Positions 63,193 through 64,000 of a stretch of 64,000 nucleotides of DNA are shown piece by piece (positions within the stretch are counted from its first letter, which is position 1; each line of letters starts with the position of its first letter). Location: the NCBI GenBank assembly GCA_021432655.1, contig MU271216.1:1-64000 (forward strand). Direction: 5' to 3'. Both the position numbers and the translations under genes were made by a program. The notes beneath the pieces are model-generated. The model did no database searches. It saw nothing but the letters and a program-made list of their open reading frames with translations, and was not told the DNA's origin. Source of the DNA: Atractiella rhizophila. Its lineage: Eukaryota.

Positions 63193-64000
63193 CAGGGCTC
63201 CACGCAATACAGTTTACGGTGTTTCCGTAGTATTTTTACGTGATTGAAACAGATATTCAAGACAGTCAAAATGCATTGCATAAAGAACTGCTTTAGAACA
63301 AAAAGATAAATTACTGTGAGCTAAAAGAACTGACAGTCCATTATACTTAGCACTGCAATAAAGTAATGATGAAACTTTATAGTTATGTGAACAATTAAAA
63401 AGGTAGAAACAATTGAAAATAAACAAAGGTATCTGTATCCAAATTCACCAGACCTCTGGCACCTTCACACCTTCCACCAGCCCTGCTTTTGTCATCATCA
63501 TTTCTGCCAATCTTTGATCCTCCATGGAGGCACGTACATCTGAGGCAATCCATTTTCCCCATGAAAACAGCCGCTCGACTGCTGCATTTGAGCCTGGGAT
63601 CACAAGATAATTCCGAGCCATGCGTTGACATATCGGATAGAGAGATCCGCTCTCCTAGAGCAAGAAGACACTCAGTCATGCAAGGGGTCCAGTACAGAAA
63701 AGGCTTACCTTCCAAAACCCAAGACTACTGCCTGAGGCTGCATCTGCCCTATTATTAAATTGATCATACTCATGCTCTACCACAGGACAAGTGGTCACTT
63801 CATCATCTGAAAGGGGCTCTAAATCATAAGAGGCCAACTGGACATGGCGGCACGTGGGGGGAATGGTCGGAAGCGGAGCAACTTGCATATCCATATTATA
63901 CTTCCTGGTTTCTTGCATGTACTCTGGCTTGATGGCACCTTCTGCATGCTTGTAAATTTCAGGAGAAAACCTTGAGAAGAACTTGAGCCGGTATTGTGGT
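63193..64000 (-). mobile_element. 3' end of a second, different hAT element (dimerisation domain; stop at 63445; candidate terminus CAGGG at 63193)
   Basis: Minus strand: HEYDQF...SLGFWK|intron|LYPICQRMARNYLVIPGSNAAVERLFSWGKWIASDVRASM...W*. Confidence 0.85.

Noticed and set aside
1..64000. Starship-like giant element or integrated virus
   Set aside because: No tyrosine recombinase, capsid or viral polymerase motifs recognised; the content is explained by nested conventional TEs.

Overview
Eukaryotic, most likely basidiomycete fungal, DNA. This is inferred from short GT-AG introns, Plavaka and fungal Tnp2-type transposases, and CpG-biased decay. The window is a transposon graveyard: a Tc1/IS630-like transposase relic, a 3'-truncated Ty1/copia element, a 5.6-kb TIR DNA transposon (14596-20216, with the 5' end of a second copy at 1-579), a degenerate Helitron, two Plavaka transposase pseudogenes, a CACTA/Tnp2-type transposase plus a deleted derivative, a full-length hAT element with TIRs and an 8-bp TSD (58308-62628), and the 3' end of a second hAT. 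Damaged host-type genes are interspersed: BTB/POZ, two F-box/LRR paralogues, a Rap/Rsr1-like GTPase, an RRM protein and a TPR fragment. Three tandem arrays are present (about 162, 63 and 67 bp units), and the 63- and 67-bp arrays each occur as inverted pairs. The best-supported unusual observations are a clean ~976-bp inversion that splits an F-box gene, palindrome-bearing inverted arrays, divergent accessory genes paired with the Plavaka and Tnp2 transposases, and a Ras-family pseudogene between inverted motif clusters. All family calls come from reading motifs by eye; no searches were run. I see no clearly intact novel multi-gene system.
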